The position numbers and the translations under genes are program-made. A stretch of 63,769 nt of DNA, counting the filler, from Ionaspis alba (lineage: Eukaryota), in assembly GCA_964255285.1 (NCBI GenBank). It is 6 parts of 6 records of this genome, joined end to end, with 100 filler letters (N's around TTAATTAATTAA, not from the genome) between each part and the next. Parts side by side here need not be neighbours in the genome. Positions count along the whole stretch, not along the records: positions 10,689 to 21,247 come from CAXUUL010000598.1; positions 21,348 to 31,886 come from CAXUUL010000599.1; 4 more parts are not named here. One strand, 5' to 3'. Positions 12,252 to 24,031 of this stretch are shown here, piece after piece (position 1 is the stretch's first letter; each line of letters starts with the position of its first letter). The notes beneath the pieces are model-generated. The model searched no databases and was not told the origin of the DNA. It saw nothing but the letters and a program-made list of their open reading frames with translations.

Positions 12252-15200
12252 TTATGATCCCATCAGCGAGTTTGTTCTTCGCTCCTTGCCTCTCCAAATC
12301 CGGCTCGACTTGGGCTTCAAGTTCTTGGATGCCGCGACCAAGTTCTTCGCAAGGCTCTCGTACGCCACATCTTCCCTTGTGTGACCCTCATCGTACCACA
12401 CCTTTTCATCCAGCTCGTCCTTTTCTCTTATAGTGGAAGGAGCCGGCGAATTTGGCGGGGGTCGTTCTTCTGGCCAGTCCACCATCACGATCAGCTTTTC
12501 GCTACATTTGCAACCACACCCGGAAATGCACATGTAGCTATCTTCTGTCATCCCCGGTTGAGGTGACAGAAGCGATCGGCATTGTGTATGGAGAACGTGA
12601 CCACATCCAAGACATGGTGACGAGCGTCCTCTAATAGCTTCGTCGCAAAGGAGGCAGGATAGAGGTGTGGCTGCTGATTGACAGGACCTGCACTTGGCCA
12701 AAAATGCTGTGAAGGACAATGTTCCTTTCATAGTACAAGTCGCACAGTTTCGCTTCAGCTCAACGGGTCTGGCGTGGAATTCACTGTCGTTGATCTCTTT
12801 GGCTTTCTTCCCAAGCGTGATGAGTGGGCTTTTCTCCACTACGTCGGTCTCAGTTGAAGTCGTCTTCACGTTTGTATTGTATTTCAGTATTTCGGCTCGC
12901 GCGATTGGCATTCCCCAGGTAAAAAGCATATATGCGTAGGCATTCCTATTCGCTTGGTACTGCCATTTCAATTTAGGATTGAGTAGAGGCGAAGTCGAGT
13001 ATCCATCACTATCGAACTTGTCTTGGTTTTTGAGGTTGATCTTGAAGCCTACCTGGTTGATCGTAGTCTTTGCAAAATCCTTTGGGAAATCTAACGTTGT
13101 TCCTGCAGATCTAGGTTCTTCCACGGACTTTGGCATCTTGCGCACAACGCTTGTTGCTCCCCACGTTACACTAGGCGTAAGAAGACCAGCATAACTGCCG
13201 GTAGGACTATTTGATCTTTTGATTAGAGGACCTGGGGGTGACGAAGCGGCAGAGGCAGTCAGCGAGAATGGTAGTGTGAACGACACAGCAAAAGCCGATG
13301 CTAGGTTGGAATTCGATCGATGGGAAGACCTGATCTGTTCTGGCGATGTCGACATCACCTGACTCGAAGAATCTGAGCGGTCAACACTCCTACGGCCGGG
13401 TCGGAAACTCGACGGTGGAGTAATACCTGTCGAATGAGGTGTTGGGGAATCGCTATTCGAAGCTCCAAAGGACCCCGCTAGTGATGCAGGACCCGTTCTG
13501 AGCTTTCCAGACGTTGAAAGTATCGAGCTTGGCTTTGTCGCTGCATAGGGTTGTAGCAGACTTTGAGCGACCTCTAGATAGGGGAAATACCGTTGATAAT
13601 GTCGATTTGACAAGGAGAGGGTTCCAGGTGAACGTAAGCCGCCAGTATCGATCCTACCTGAATCTTTCACTCCTTGATGTACATTGTTGTCCAGATTTCT
13701 GGTGATCTTTATAGTTGGTGGTTGGTCGAGAATGCACGACATCGTTGCCAACATCTGAACATCGGCGATCCGTTCAAAATGAGAGAATCTGATTGGGTGA
13801 GTTTGATATCGCAGCGAGAGTCTTGAGGAATACCTACAGCTCCTTCACGAAATGAGACCCTCCAAGGGGATGCTGACCCCATACTATCGAGCTTTGTCCA
13901 TGTTGAGTGGACTTCTTCTTCCTCTCATCGAACGACAAATCAATTGCACTATTTGTTTTCTTCCAAGAGTTCGTTTCCCTAAGAGATGATAGGGTACGAC
14001 GAGCCAATAGCACGATTGGAAGACCTCTATCTTCAAGAGATACTGCATCGACTGGAACGCAGTCACTCACAATCAGACCTAGGAGAGTCCAGACATCGGC
14101 AAGTTCATCACTGCCTGCCTTTTTAGCAATATTGGCATTGTGGTCGCAAGCGTCAAATCCAGAGTAGAGATATTGTTGCGCTAGTTCGCGCTTTGCAGGT
14201 AGTAGATGTTCAAAATTATAGATTGATATTACATTTTTTGAATTGGTTGTCCCTGATGTGGGTTGGCTTTTACTGCCATTAGACCGGAGAGTATCATCCA
14301 AAGGATTCACCACGCGGGAGTGACCTTGAGAATCACTTTGTATGGCATAAGAAGGGCTCAAGAATTGACTTGGCTGGCTTGGTACCTTTGAAGAAGCGGA
14401 TGAGCTGGACGAGGAAAAATAAGAATCATCAGATCCAGAGTCGCTCTCGGAGTCATCACTGTCAACCGTCCCAATTGTTGTTAACCTAGGCTTTGTGAAA
14501 GATGTCTGATGAAGTTTGCCAAAACCCTCAAAAATCCTTTTTCTTCCTTTAGACCCAGGCGACAAGCTGTCCAAGCCTAGTGAGCCGAAAAGAGATTGAG
14601 ATTTGTCTTCCTTGGGTGGAAAGAAGCATACCAGCCTCCCATTATCAGCCCACAACGCACCACAAGCTTTTGGGAGCGGAACGTTAGCATTAGAATTGGA
14701 AAGACTGAGTACACCGGAGCCAGCCAATGCGGAGTCGTCTGGCTGCAAGCCGGCAAAGGTCCCTAACTCGTCTTCATCGTCGCTAGAGCTTGTGTCATCT
14801 TCTGTTCGTGACTCGAGCATACTAGCGTTTGGCTCGTCTTTCGTCCAAGCAAGAAGCTCGTCTACAGTGTACTCGCCCTGAAGATAACGGGTCACAGCCT
14901 CTAAAGATTCTCTTTGGTAGTTCAGATAAGTACTAGATATCTCTTGTACTCCATTGGTAATTTTCTCCATGGTAGCAGTATCAACAGCTGCTGTCTTCTC
15001 GATCTTCAGTGATGGCATTACTTCCATAGGATACTTGGTCGGAAAATCAATACGGCAGTCAAGGTATGTCGAAACAGCATTTGGTCCCCATGGTCCGTGC
15101 ATAGAGAGCTTCACAAAGCGGTTCTGAACGTCAATCTGCAACGGGGTAAATAGAAGATCCTGTAGATTTTGGAGTACTCCAAAGACCGGACTGATCGGCG

Positions 15201-16767
15201 TACCTCATGAAAGTCCACTTTGGTGAACTTAGCTCCTACGTGTGCAATCTCTTCACCCAAAGAATCGAAGCTCTCCCAGGCTCTGTAGGCCTTGACGCTA
15301 GGAGACAGGATAGAGGCTGAGCTCCCATCTAAAGGGACCTCGCGTTTGCCGATCTTAACACCCTGCATCCATGCAATCGGATCAAGGTCAACACGAGCGG
15401 CATGCCTTGCACGCATTCCTGGTTTCGAAGTCAAGAATCCACCATTGTCCCACGTCGAAGCCAGAGTAGCAGACGCATTTGTTGCACTATCGTTCAGTGC
15501 GCTATGCATGTTGATACCACTTTTGCTCTTCGGATGGGTCGCAGTAAGATCGACCCCAGACCTCAACTTGGCAAGGGCTAGTTTCCCTGTCTCTTCTCGA
15601 AAGGTCTTGTATGTAGCATCTTTGCGGGTCAAATTGAACTTTTTGTGCACTTCCTTGCCTTTCTCATAGCCTACCTCTTTCAGCATCTTCTCATCTACCT
15701 TGTGCAGACGAAGAATTCGGTCAGCGCCCCACGTGACGAGTTGAAACTCGCGATTGTCAATGCCTGCCTCGATACTGCCTCGAGGTCGCCACAGAAACTC
15801 CTTGACTTGATCTGTGTGGCCTTTGAATTGATGGACTGGTAATGCTTCCTCGCTCTTCCCAAATTCGTCCTTCAATCGACGGTCGTAGAGGTATAGATCG
15901 TTGTCTCCACGCTGAGGCATAGCCAGAACACCCCAGCCAAAAGGCGTATGGCGCGCTCGCCAAACAGGAAACGAAGTCTTTATGATACGTTCTGGCTCGT
16001 CCTCCGGGTTCGAATAATCCCAAAATTTGATTGTCTTGTCGAGCGAACAAGTGGTAACACCATGGGTCCTCGTCCTGTTCCAATCGACGCCATAGATCTT
16101 GGTATCATGAGCCTCAATGGAACGTAAGGGGTAAGCGCCTTTTCGGTCATCCCAGATACGAAGAAACTTGTCATGTGAGGAGGCAATAATATGAGGGTCC
16201 TGCCTATTCCATTTAACCTGTGTGGAACCAGCAAAGAAGTCGGCAAATGTGATGACTGGCTTTGCAGGATGTCTAAGATCCCAGCAGTGAACAAAGCTGT
16301 CGACGGCACATGTAGCCAGGACATCTGGATGATGTGCGGAGAAATTGATGTCCGTGATGGCTCTCGTATGAGCGTGCAGGACATGTTCAATAGAGGCTTG
16401 AGATGTTGACATGGCCAAATTCCATACCAATGCCTTTTGGTTCGACGTACTGATCACCCAGTAATCCCGGGAAGGGAAAGGCGACCATTGAACATCTGCC
16501 ACCTCCCATGGCGTATGGTGAGGTAAATGTCGCGGTAGAGCCCAGGGATCATCGAGGTCGATGATATGTAGACCTTGTCGTCTGTATTGAATGAGTCAAA
16601 ATTTTGCTAGTATTACCGTAGATTACTCACGAAGCTAGGACCACATCGCGACCACAGGGAGATATGGACATGGACCCAACGGGCTTGTCCACTCGGAACG
16701 ACCCATCATGTTCGAAAGTCGGACTTGTGAAGGCTGAATCGAGTGGGTGGTTCGTGTTGGTGTCCAT
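12252..16767 (-). CDS. MTC5: SEA/GATOR2 subunit Mtc5/Sea3/WDR59 (WD40 + RWD + C-terminal zinc finger)
   Basis: ISPCGRDVVLAS, PRHLPHHTPWEVADVQWSP, WD repeats, VWRARHTPFG, RWD-like GPWG..FPTKYP, DVQMLATMSC and terminal C..C..CGH..H..C..C..GCGCKC. Introns near 16583-16631, 15140-15200 and 13790-13833. Confidence 0.93.
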
Positions 16768-17434
16768 AGCATCCTAATGCCGACCTTGCAATTGTTCAAC
16801 AGGCATGGAGAACAGTTTCGCAGCAGAGATAGTATTGATCCGCTCGGCAACATAGAGATAATCAAAGACCTTGAAAGGATGAGAAACAGAAGAGTTCTGA
16901 TTACTATGACACGGTTCCAGCGAATGGCCAGCCGATAGAACATCTACGGTGGTCTATGCTTGAACCACATTTTCGGTATCACCGAAAGATATCTTCCATT
17001 CGAGCAATGCAACCGATAGGAATTGAGGGACCGAAGTGTATTGTTCTGCTTCGTCCAAGACTGAATGAGCAGATGCGGGAGAGCGAGTCGAGGAGGCTGA
17101 GGTTGAATTACCCTTCGGGCATGTGCATTTTAGCCGCCTCTGACTGTGAATCTCGACCATGCACATCGATTTGTGGATACTACCTGCTTCCACTACTGCA
17201 TTCCTCCCACAGCACACCCATCTGCTTGGTCCGCAAACTCGCTATGAATGGTTACTAAGATTTCTACAAGTGTTGCTGAAGACCCTTCCTTTAAACTTTC
17301 CCCATATTTTGTTAAAAGTTCCCTGCTGATCCAACACACCCCACGGACGATCTGAGCCCTGGGTTGCCAAATCATCAAGTTTGGGTGTTACCACTCAGGA
17401 CGCTCAACTCTCTCCAGAGCTCGAGTACACCAGG

Positions 17435-18044
17435 ATGACTGCCTTACCGAAGAGGATAGTGAAGGAGACGGAGCGACTGATGGCAGAGCCGTAAGAGCTG
17501 GATTCAGTTCGAGGGAGTTACACTGACTCGGGCTTGTTAGAGTACCCGGCATCAGTGCGGTTCCTCATGAGGACAACCTGAGATACTTCGACGTTTTGAT
17601 ACACGGACCCTCTCAATCACCTTACGAAGGTTTGCGGCCTTCCTGGTGGCGATGGAAAGCACAATATTCTGACATCATACTCCCAGGGGGCGTCTTCAAG
17701 CTCGAGCTGTTTCTTCCCGACGACTATCCTATGACGCCGCCAAAGATCCGATTTCTAACAAAGATATATCATCCCAATATAGATAAGCTCGGTCGGATAT
17801 GCTTAGATGTTCTCAAGAGTATAGACCTCCCTCATCTCCTCATGTTGCCGCTAGCTCACATTAGTCAGGTAATTGGTCTCCTGCTCTTCAAATTCGCACG
17901 ATACTTCTCTCGATTCAAGCACTTCTTGGAGCACCCAACCCAGACGACCCTTTGGCTAATGATGTGGCTCAGCGCTGGAAGGAAGACGAGCAAGCAGCCA
18001 TTCAGACGGCGAGAGAGTGGACGAAGACGTACGCGAAATCATGA
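17435..18044 (+). CDS. UBC13: E2 ubiquitin-conjugating enzyme Ubc13
   Basis: [50 protein letters not shown]; three introns (17491-17540, 17630-17686, 17819-17868). Confidence 0.96.
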
Positions 18045-18691
18045 ACAAAGGGGTCGAGACTATTTTTTTGGTAGATGGGTCACTAAGCACAATGACATTA
18101 TGAGGATATGGGTAGACGGGTATTTGATTCCAAGCCGTTTGCATGCTTTTCCGAGGCGAGTGCGATTTCTCGGCGAAGGGCGTTGTACGAAGCTTCAAAT
18201 CCTTTCAAGAACACCTCTGGAGTTCCTGGAGTGACGCTTGTGGAATAAATTCAAGTGTCATCGAAGTGCTCGCACGGTTCATATTGTCTGCGGAGTGCGA
18301 ACAGCAGGGTGTGGCATATTCTGGTCACCATGCACATGAATATCGTTGCGAACACTTGCTTTGTCCCTTTCAGGATATGCCAATTCGGAAATCCTTGACA
18401 TCACTCCACTTCCAAGTACTTTCAACCCTGTCTCCTAAACATTTGTCTCCCACAGATTGGTATCAAGAGATCGCCGCGGTTTCTACCACGAGCCCTGAGC
18501 TATGCAAATGGCGTTAGTCTTCCTAGTTAGGCGAGAGGCAAGAGCACCGTTTCGGGAAGTCGCAATCTTACTCGTGCATTGGACTCACTGAATTCACCAG
18601 ATCTTCATGATTCAGAACTGGATGAATCAAGTCTGGTGTCGCCCAGCTATATATTTCTTACCACGAGATTCTGAAGTCATAGGCATCCATC

Positions 18692-19694
18692 ATGAACAAG
18701 AAGAGGCAGCATAGCGGTAAAGGTCGCAAGGTGGGTTTATCTGTTATTTAATCTTCAATGCTATGTGTGCTAACGCCTGGGGTATAGAGTCGTCTCACTG
18801 TCCGGAAACAAAACGTGACTTATAGTAGTGCTCCAATCTCTGCAAAGGCAGGCGAATTCGCAAACAGATACAGGTGGAGAGCTTACAAGATGTAGGCAAT
18901 CAAACGAAAGCCTGTAGCTACCACTCCAGCTACAATCTCAGGAGNNNNNNNNNNNNNNNNNNNNNNNNNNNNNNNNNNNNNNNNNNNNNNNNNNNNNNNN
19001 NNNNNNNNNNNNNNNNNNNNNNNNNNNNNNNNNNNNNNNNNNNNCGTTTTGTGAAGACACCCACAACCGAGATTCTTAGCTTTGGTAAGAGTTCAGGACA
19101 CAAAGCAGCTGCTCAAAGCATCTCAAGCCAAACAACATGCGAGTCTTTCGAGCTAGACGTGACGTGGAGGCAGATGGTGAACAGCCTTCGAAGCATGTAT
19201 GGGACTTATCCAATGGTGGGCTCTCTCCATCAAGCCTTACACGGTGTATAACTAATCGCATGTCATTTTTCTAGGAAGGCATTCTCCGCGAAGCAACTGG
19301 CAGTGTCTATCGATGGTACAATGCGAAGGACGGAAAACCTCCACATCCCGCACACGGTCGAGAATTCTTCGCCCGGAATCTATGGTGTGCAACGCACAGT
19401 AAACCCTGCCCAATCTGTGGCTCATCCTGTTGCGCTCAGAGGATGGTTCGCCGCGCCGCGACAGAAAGCGAAAATAGTAGAGAGAAAAAGGAAGACTCGC
19501 ATTGGATGCTTCGACAGATCAATAAGTGGATCCCGATTGGCGTTGACGCCACAACTTTTGCTCTTTGTACGGAGTGCCACAGAAGAGTGTGCCCGAATTG
19601 TTTTGGAATTTGTCCGAATAAGATATGCGGAGATCGGATGTGTATTGAGTGCCATGTGCAGCCTTTTACGGAGTGTGACTGGCACGAATACTAG
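18692..19694 (+). CDS. Uncharacterised spliced Cys/His-rich, probably zinc-binding, protein spanning a 100-N gap
   Basis: Intron 19216-19274 (GTGGGC..ACTAAT..CTAG) joins two frames in phase. The last exon encodes WCATHSKPCPICGSSCC and CTECHRRVCPNCFGICPNKICGDRMCIECHVQPFTECDWH. A 5' intron at 18731-18787 has GCTAAC. The 5' structure is uncertain. Confidence 0.65.
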
Positions 19695-20151
19695 GGGGTA
19701 AGAGGTTCGTGCAAGCAAATATGCAATATGTGAGTGTTGCTTGGTGCCATCGGGCCTGGTTTCATCTATTCGTGGCAGCATTTGCTTGGGAGCTTTGATG
19801 CAATTTGTGGCTGCAAGGACTGCTGGAAGCTCTCAAGATTTTGTCATTAAAAACATTTGCTCGTTGACAGGCATCACATTTTTAGGAGAGCAATCGTCGA
19901 TTAGATAAAACTAAAACATAGATAATCGATCATCTCTTTAGTAGCACATAGTATGGGGGAAAATCTTCTTGAAGCGCTTTTGTTGCTAATACCCTGTAGC
20001 TATTGGGTGTTGTACATGGATTTTGGCCCCATGGCCTTGTAGGGCTTTCGTTAATCACCTGACCCACACTAATTCGATATATCGCGAACCACCGTCAACA
20101 GAACTTCGATATCGACAAAAATTGTAGGCTACGTATCAGAACATTGCCAAT

Positions 20152-20953
20152 ATGCGTACCTACGAGGACACTTTCAGCGGTGACAGAATCTACCCTGGCA
20201 AGGTATGCAAAGAGCCTCACCCTACGTCGTGGTAAAATTCAAAGATCTGAGGACCTCACACCACCCCCCACCTTGTGGACTTTCCAACGTACTTGTTCTG
20301 TTCCTCGCGCTGGGAACTGAAGGAGAAAAGTAGGGCTAATAATGTCTCAACTCTTACAGGGCAAGCTTTACGTACGTGGTGACAGTAAGATCTTTCGCTT
20401 CCAGAACGGCAAAACCGAATCCCTCTTCCTACAACGCAAGAACCCTCGAAGAATCGCATGGACGACTTTGTTCCGGAGGCAACACAAAAAGGGTATCTCT
20501 GAGGTTCGTGCAAAGTCCACGTCTCCACATCCGTAATGGGAGGGCAGGAGAGCAGCAAGAGCCAGCCCTGTTACTCCAATGCGGACAGAGCTGTGGCTAT
20601 GGATAGCCGCCCTGCTCCACATCTTCTATCCACGATTCTCCCTAAGCTGTCACTAACACCCATCCCAGGAAGTTGCCAAAAAGCGCTCCCGCCGCACCGT
20701 CAAGCAGCAGCGTGGCATTGTCGGCGCTTCCCTCGACGTAATCAAAGAACGACGCTCACAGCGACCCGAAGCCCGTCAAGCAGCTCGTCAAGCCGCGATC
20801 AAGGAGGGCAAAGAGAAGAAGACGGCGCTCGAGAGCAAGAAGAAGATGGAGAAGGCGAAGGGTGCCGCAGGCGCAGCAAGGGGACAGGCGGCGAAGATCT
20901 CGAAACTGGGCGCGAAAGGTGCGCCGTCGAAGGCGAGTGCTAAGAGTCGTTAG
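20152..20953 (+). CDS. RPL24: 60S ribosomal protein eL24
   Basis: MRTYEDTFSGDRIYPGK|GKLYVRGDSKIFRFQNGK..RKNPRRIAWT; introns 20203-20359 and 20504-20668; Lys/Ala-rich tail. Confidence 0.97.
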
Positions 20954-21758
20954 GGAGGTCGAGAGGGGTGGCTTTAGGGAGTGGCATGGATAGGAGATCC
21001 TGGATGGTTAATCTGGCGGATAGCTAGATGGTAGCATGCCCAATGGCTCGCAGACTTTCATCTGACTGAGGCCAATCCGTTTGATATGGCTCGGCTTGCT
21101 CGATATGTGACTTCTGAGACGTCTTTCACGGAGACTGATAGATTGTTGCGGAGTTGTTTTCAGGGTTCTACAATACCTATCAGCCTGTCCCTTGCCTCTG
21201 ATAGATCCACCGTGGGAACAAGCCGATCTCGTGAAAACCTGCTTAGGNNNNNNNNNNNNNNNNNNNNNNNNNNNNNNNNNNNNNNNNNNNNTTAATTAAT
21301 TAANNNNNNNNNNNNNNNNNNNNNNNNNNNNNNNNNNNNNNNNNNNNAGTGGTACGCTGTTCAAAACAAAAGAACACCGTAGATTCTGCATCTCTTCATC
21401 CGAGCTATCCTGTTACCATAGCACTGAGAGCTTCAGTGACATGGCAAGAAGTCCCTATCTATACACACGAATGTGAGGTGCCGTGCACGCGGTATCATCC
21501 CATATTTTGGAGTCCCAACCAACACCACGCAAATGCAGGCCGCAATTATTAGCACATAAACAGGAAGTGTGCCGCCAAGTCTATCATCAAACATTCAACG
21601 CAGCGATATGCAACGCTAAAGATCAAGGCTGTCCAAAAGACTGCCCTTTCATCCTGCAAAACCGGTGAGATCGTGCTGCGAAATCTTCATGCATAGAGCA
21701 TAGATCGATAAGCATGGTTGTGAGATGACCATGGTCAACGGTAGACAGCGAGGTCATA

Positions 21759-23057
21759 TCATAGCACTGATAGACCGTCTGCTGGTCGGGCGTGGCGATT
21801 GAAGTAGGCTTTCGCCATTTCATATGAACTCCTGAAAAGTTGTTAATGTTGGATGTTGATGCATGACACACTAAACCTACCAGCAGATGGCTGTGCTGGG
21901 CATAGCGGTAATGATTCTCGGTCGCAGTCCACGAAAGAAGCCTCCGTAGCCATGCTTCTGTTTGATAATAGACGCCGCTACCATCAAGCCTTTAGCAGAC
22001 CTTATTGACGCATCGTTGGCGGTACCTCGTGTCTGAAGTAGCGTCTTGATAACATCCAAAGGAGTAGTAAGGCCAGCAGCAAAACCACCTGCAAGGCCGC
22101 CAGCGACGCAATGGGTCAGAGGATCGTAAAGCCGTGGAGGGTTCATGATTTTCGACAGCGATTCATAGGCCATGAATTGAAGAGCGGTAAACGGGACGGT
22201 CATGCATAGCGTGGTGGGGTAGGACACGTAGAATGCTTTCAGCCCCTCGTTCTTGTACACTTGACGAGCGCACTGAACGATCGTCTTGTGAACCGACCCA
22301 TGAACCTGCATTCGCTGTTTTATGACTGTCCAGTGTTAGCTTGAGCATCCACAAAGCAGAGTTCGCCTTACCGTCAAAGGGGTTCATGAGCGCGTCGCTC
22401 GCAATCGTGGCAGCTGCTCCACTTGAGGCTAATTGAACTTCAGCCCCTGACCTCTTTCTCCGAGAGTGAGACTCTTACCGGCAGCAACTGGATGATGTGA
22501 ATTCCGGTCATTACCGCCCATGGCTTGCTTGACAGCCTCGTAAGTAGCGAAGTATACCGCATGCGCAGGACCTGTGAATCGAATGAGCCCAACCCTAGCT
22601 TCTGTAGAGCTCATTCTTCCTACCTGCTCCGACAATAACACTTGTCATTCCCCGCCATAATGATCCCAACCCCTCCAGTCTCGTAATTGTGGTGACCGCG
22701 TTGGTAAGGCCTGAGTAGATCGCGCCGGGTGAAGGGTTGATAACTTGCATACGGGTCTGCTATTGCTGAGCATAACGTTCATGACGATCAAGCTGAGAAC
22801 GTACCTTCAGGAGATCGACGGGATACATGACGGTGTGTTCCTTGCTCTCAGTCAGTTCTGTTTCGTAAGCGGCCGTGAAGTTCGCATACAGCGATGCCTG
22901 CGAATGCGCCAGCCATCATATTGTTACCCAAGGAGAAGTTGGGGGGAAGAGCTTCATAGCTATAGAAGAGGTCAGTGGGGGTTCGACGCGAAGTGAAAGG
23001 GGACCAAGGGAGGCCATACTCGTACTCCTCGCCAGCTGCTGGCTCGTTCGCTGCCAT
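21759..23057 (-). CDS. MRS4: Mitochondrial iron carrier Mrs3/4 (mitoferrin)
   Basis: YEALPPNF..AGAFAGIA, GPAHAVYFATYE, AFYVSYPTTLCMTVPF and TTPLDVIKTLLQTRG; multiple introns; last exon SSYEMAKAYF. Confidence 0.9.
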
Positions 23058-24031
23058 GGGCGCTCTTGTCGATGCAGCTCAGATGGGGAGTTTTCAGAGA
23101 GCTGCGTCGCGAGGCTGGAGTTGTCAGATTGAAGGAGGTGAGGTTGAGGATGTCATTAGGATAGTGGTCGAGACTTAGTGGGTCCTCAGCGTGGACGAAG
23201 AGTATATATCAGCGCTCTGCAGTTGTGAGCGCAGCCCCGATGATGACCTCAATCTTCAAACATTTTTTAGATCCGAAGATCTAGATTTGTGCACGAATTA
23301 TGTACGTAATGCCCGTCATCAGCTTCTATTCAGACTTTCTTGATCACGTTGACCTATCTCTACAACATGATGATCACATTGATGTCCTCTGGGTGTCATT
23401 TTTCTGCTTTACACCGGGTCTGCGCGAGTTGAATGCACCAGCATGCCGACTTGCACCCCTGTGCCCCTTTGGCGTGACTTCGCAAGCTGTCGTTATCAAT
23501 CCGATCCTGGCAAAGAGACGGAGCCACGCAGTTTGAAAGGTCGATGAGGACCAAATGGAAGCATTACGAGGATATCCTAATTCTTGGATGTCTTTTCCGT
23601 CGAATGCACCTGTTCCTGGATTTTCTCACGCCACCCAGCCAAACTTGCAAAGCGAGACTTCAAGAATTGTCGAAGATAAGCATGACCTGTTAGAGAAGAC
23701 TGGATTGGAAACGCAATAGTTCAAAATCACCGAAAAGCGTATTGTACCAAAACATCTGCTTGACTGAAGGAGGACCTACAATCTCCGGAGAGATTGCTTA
23801 TACCTCGTACTACACAAAGAACTGGAAGAGAAACTGGGCTGGAAAGACGGCTCCGCATATAGATTCAATAGACCGTGGAAATGTTATAGATGCTAAATAT
23901 AATAGTGATGAAGATATCTCCATTTTCTACTCGGCGGAGAAAGACACTCATTGGAACAACGCCGAGGCCTTGTTGCCGTTGCTAGAAATGCGTAAGGTAT
24001 CAAAAACTGAACTCCTCGTAAGCTTGCCCAG

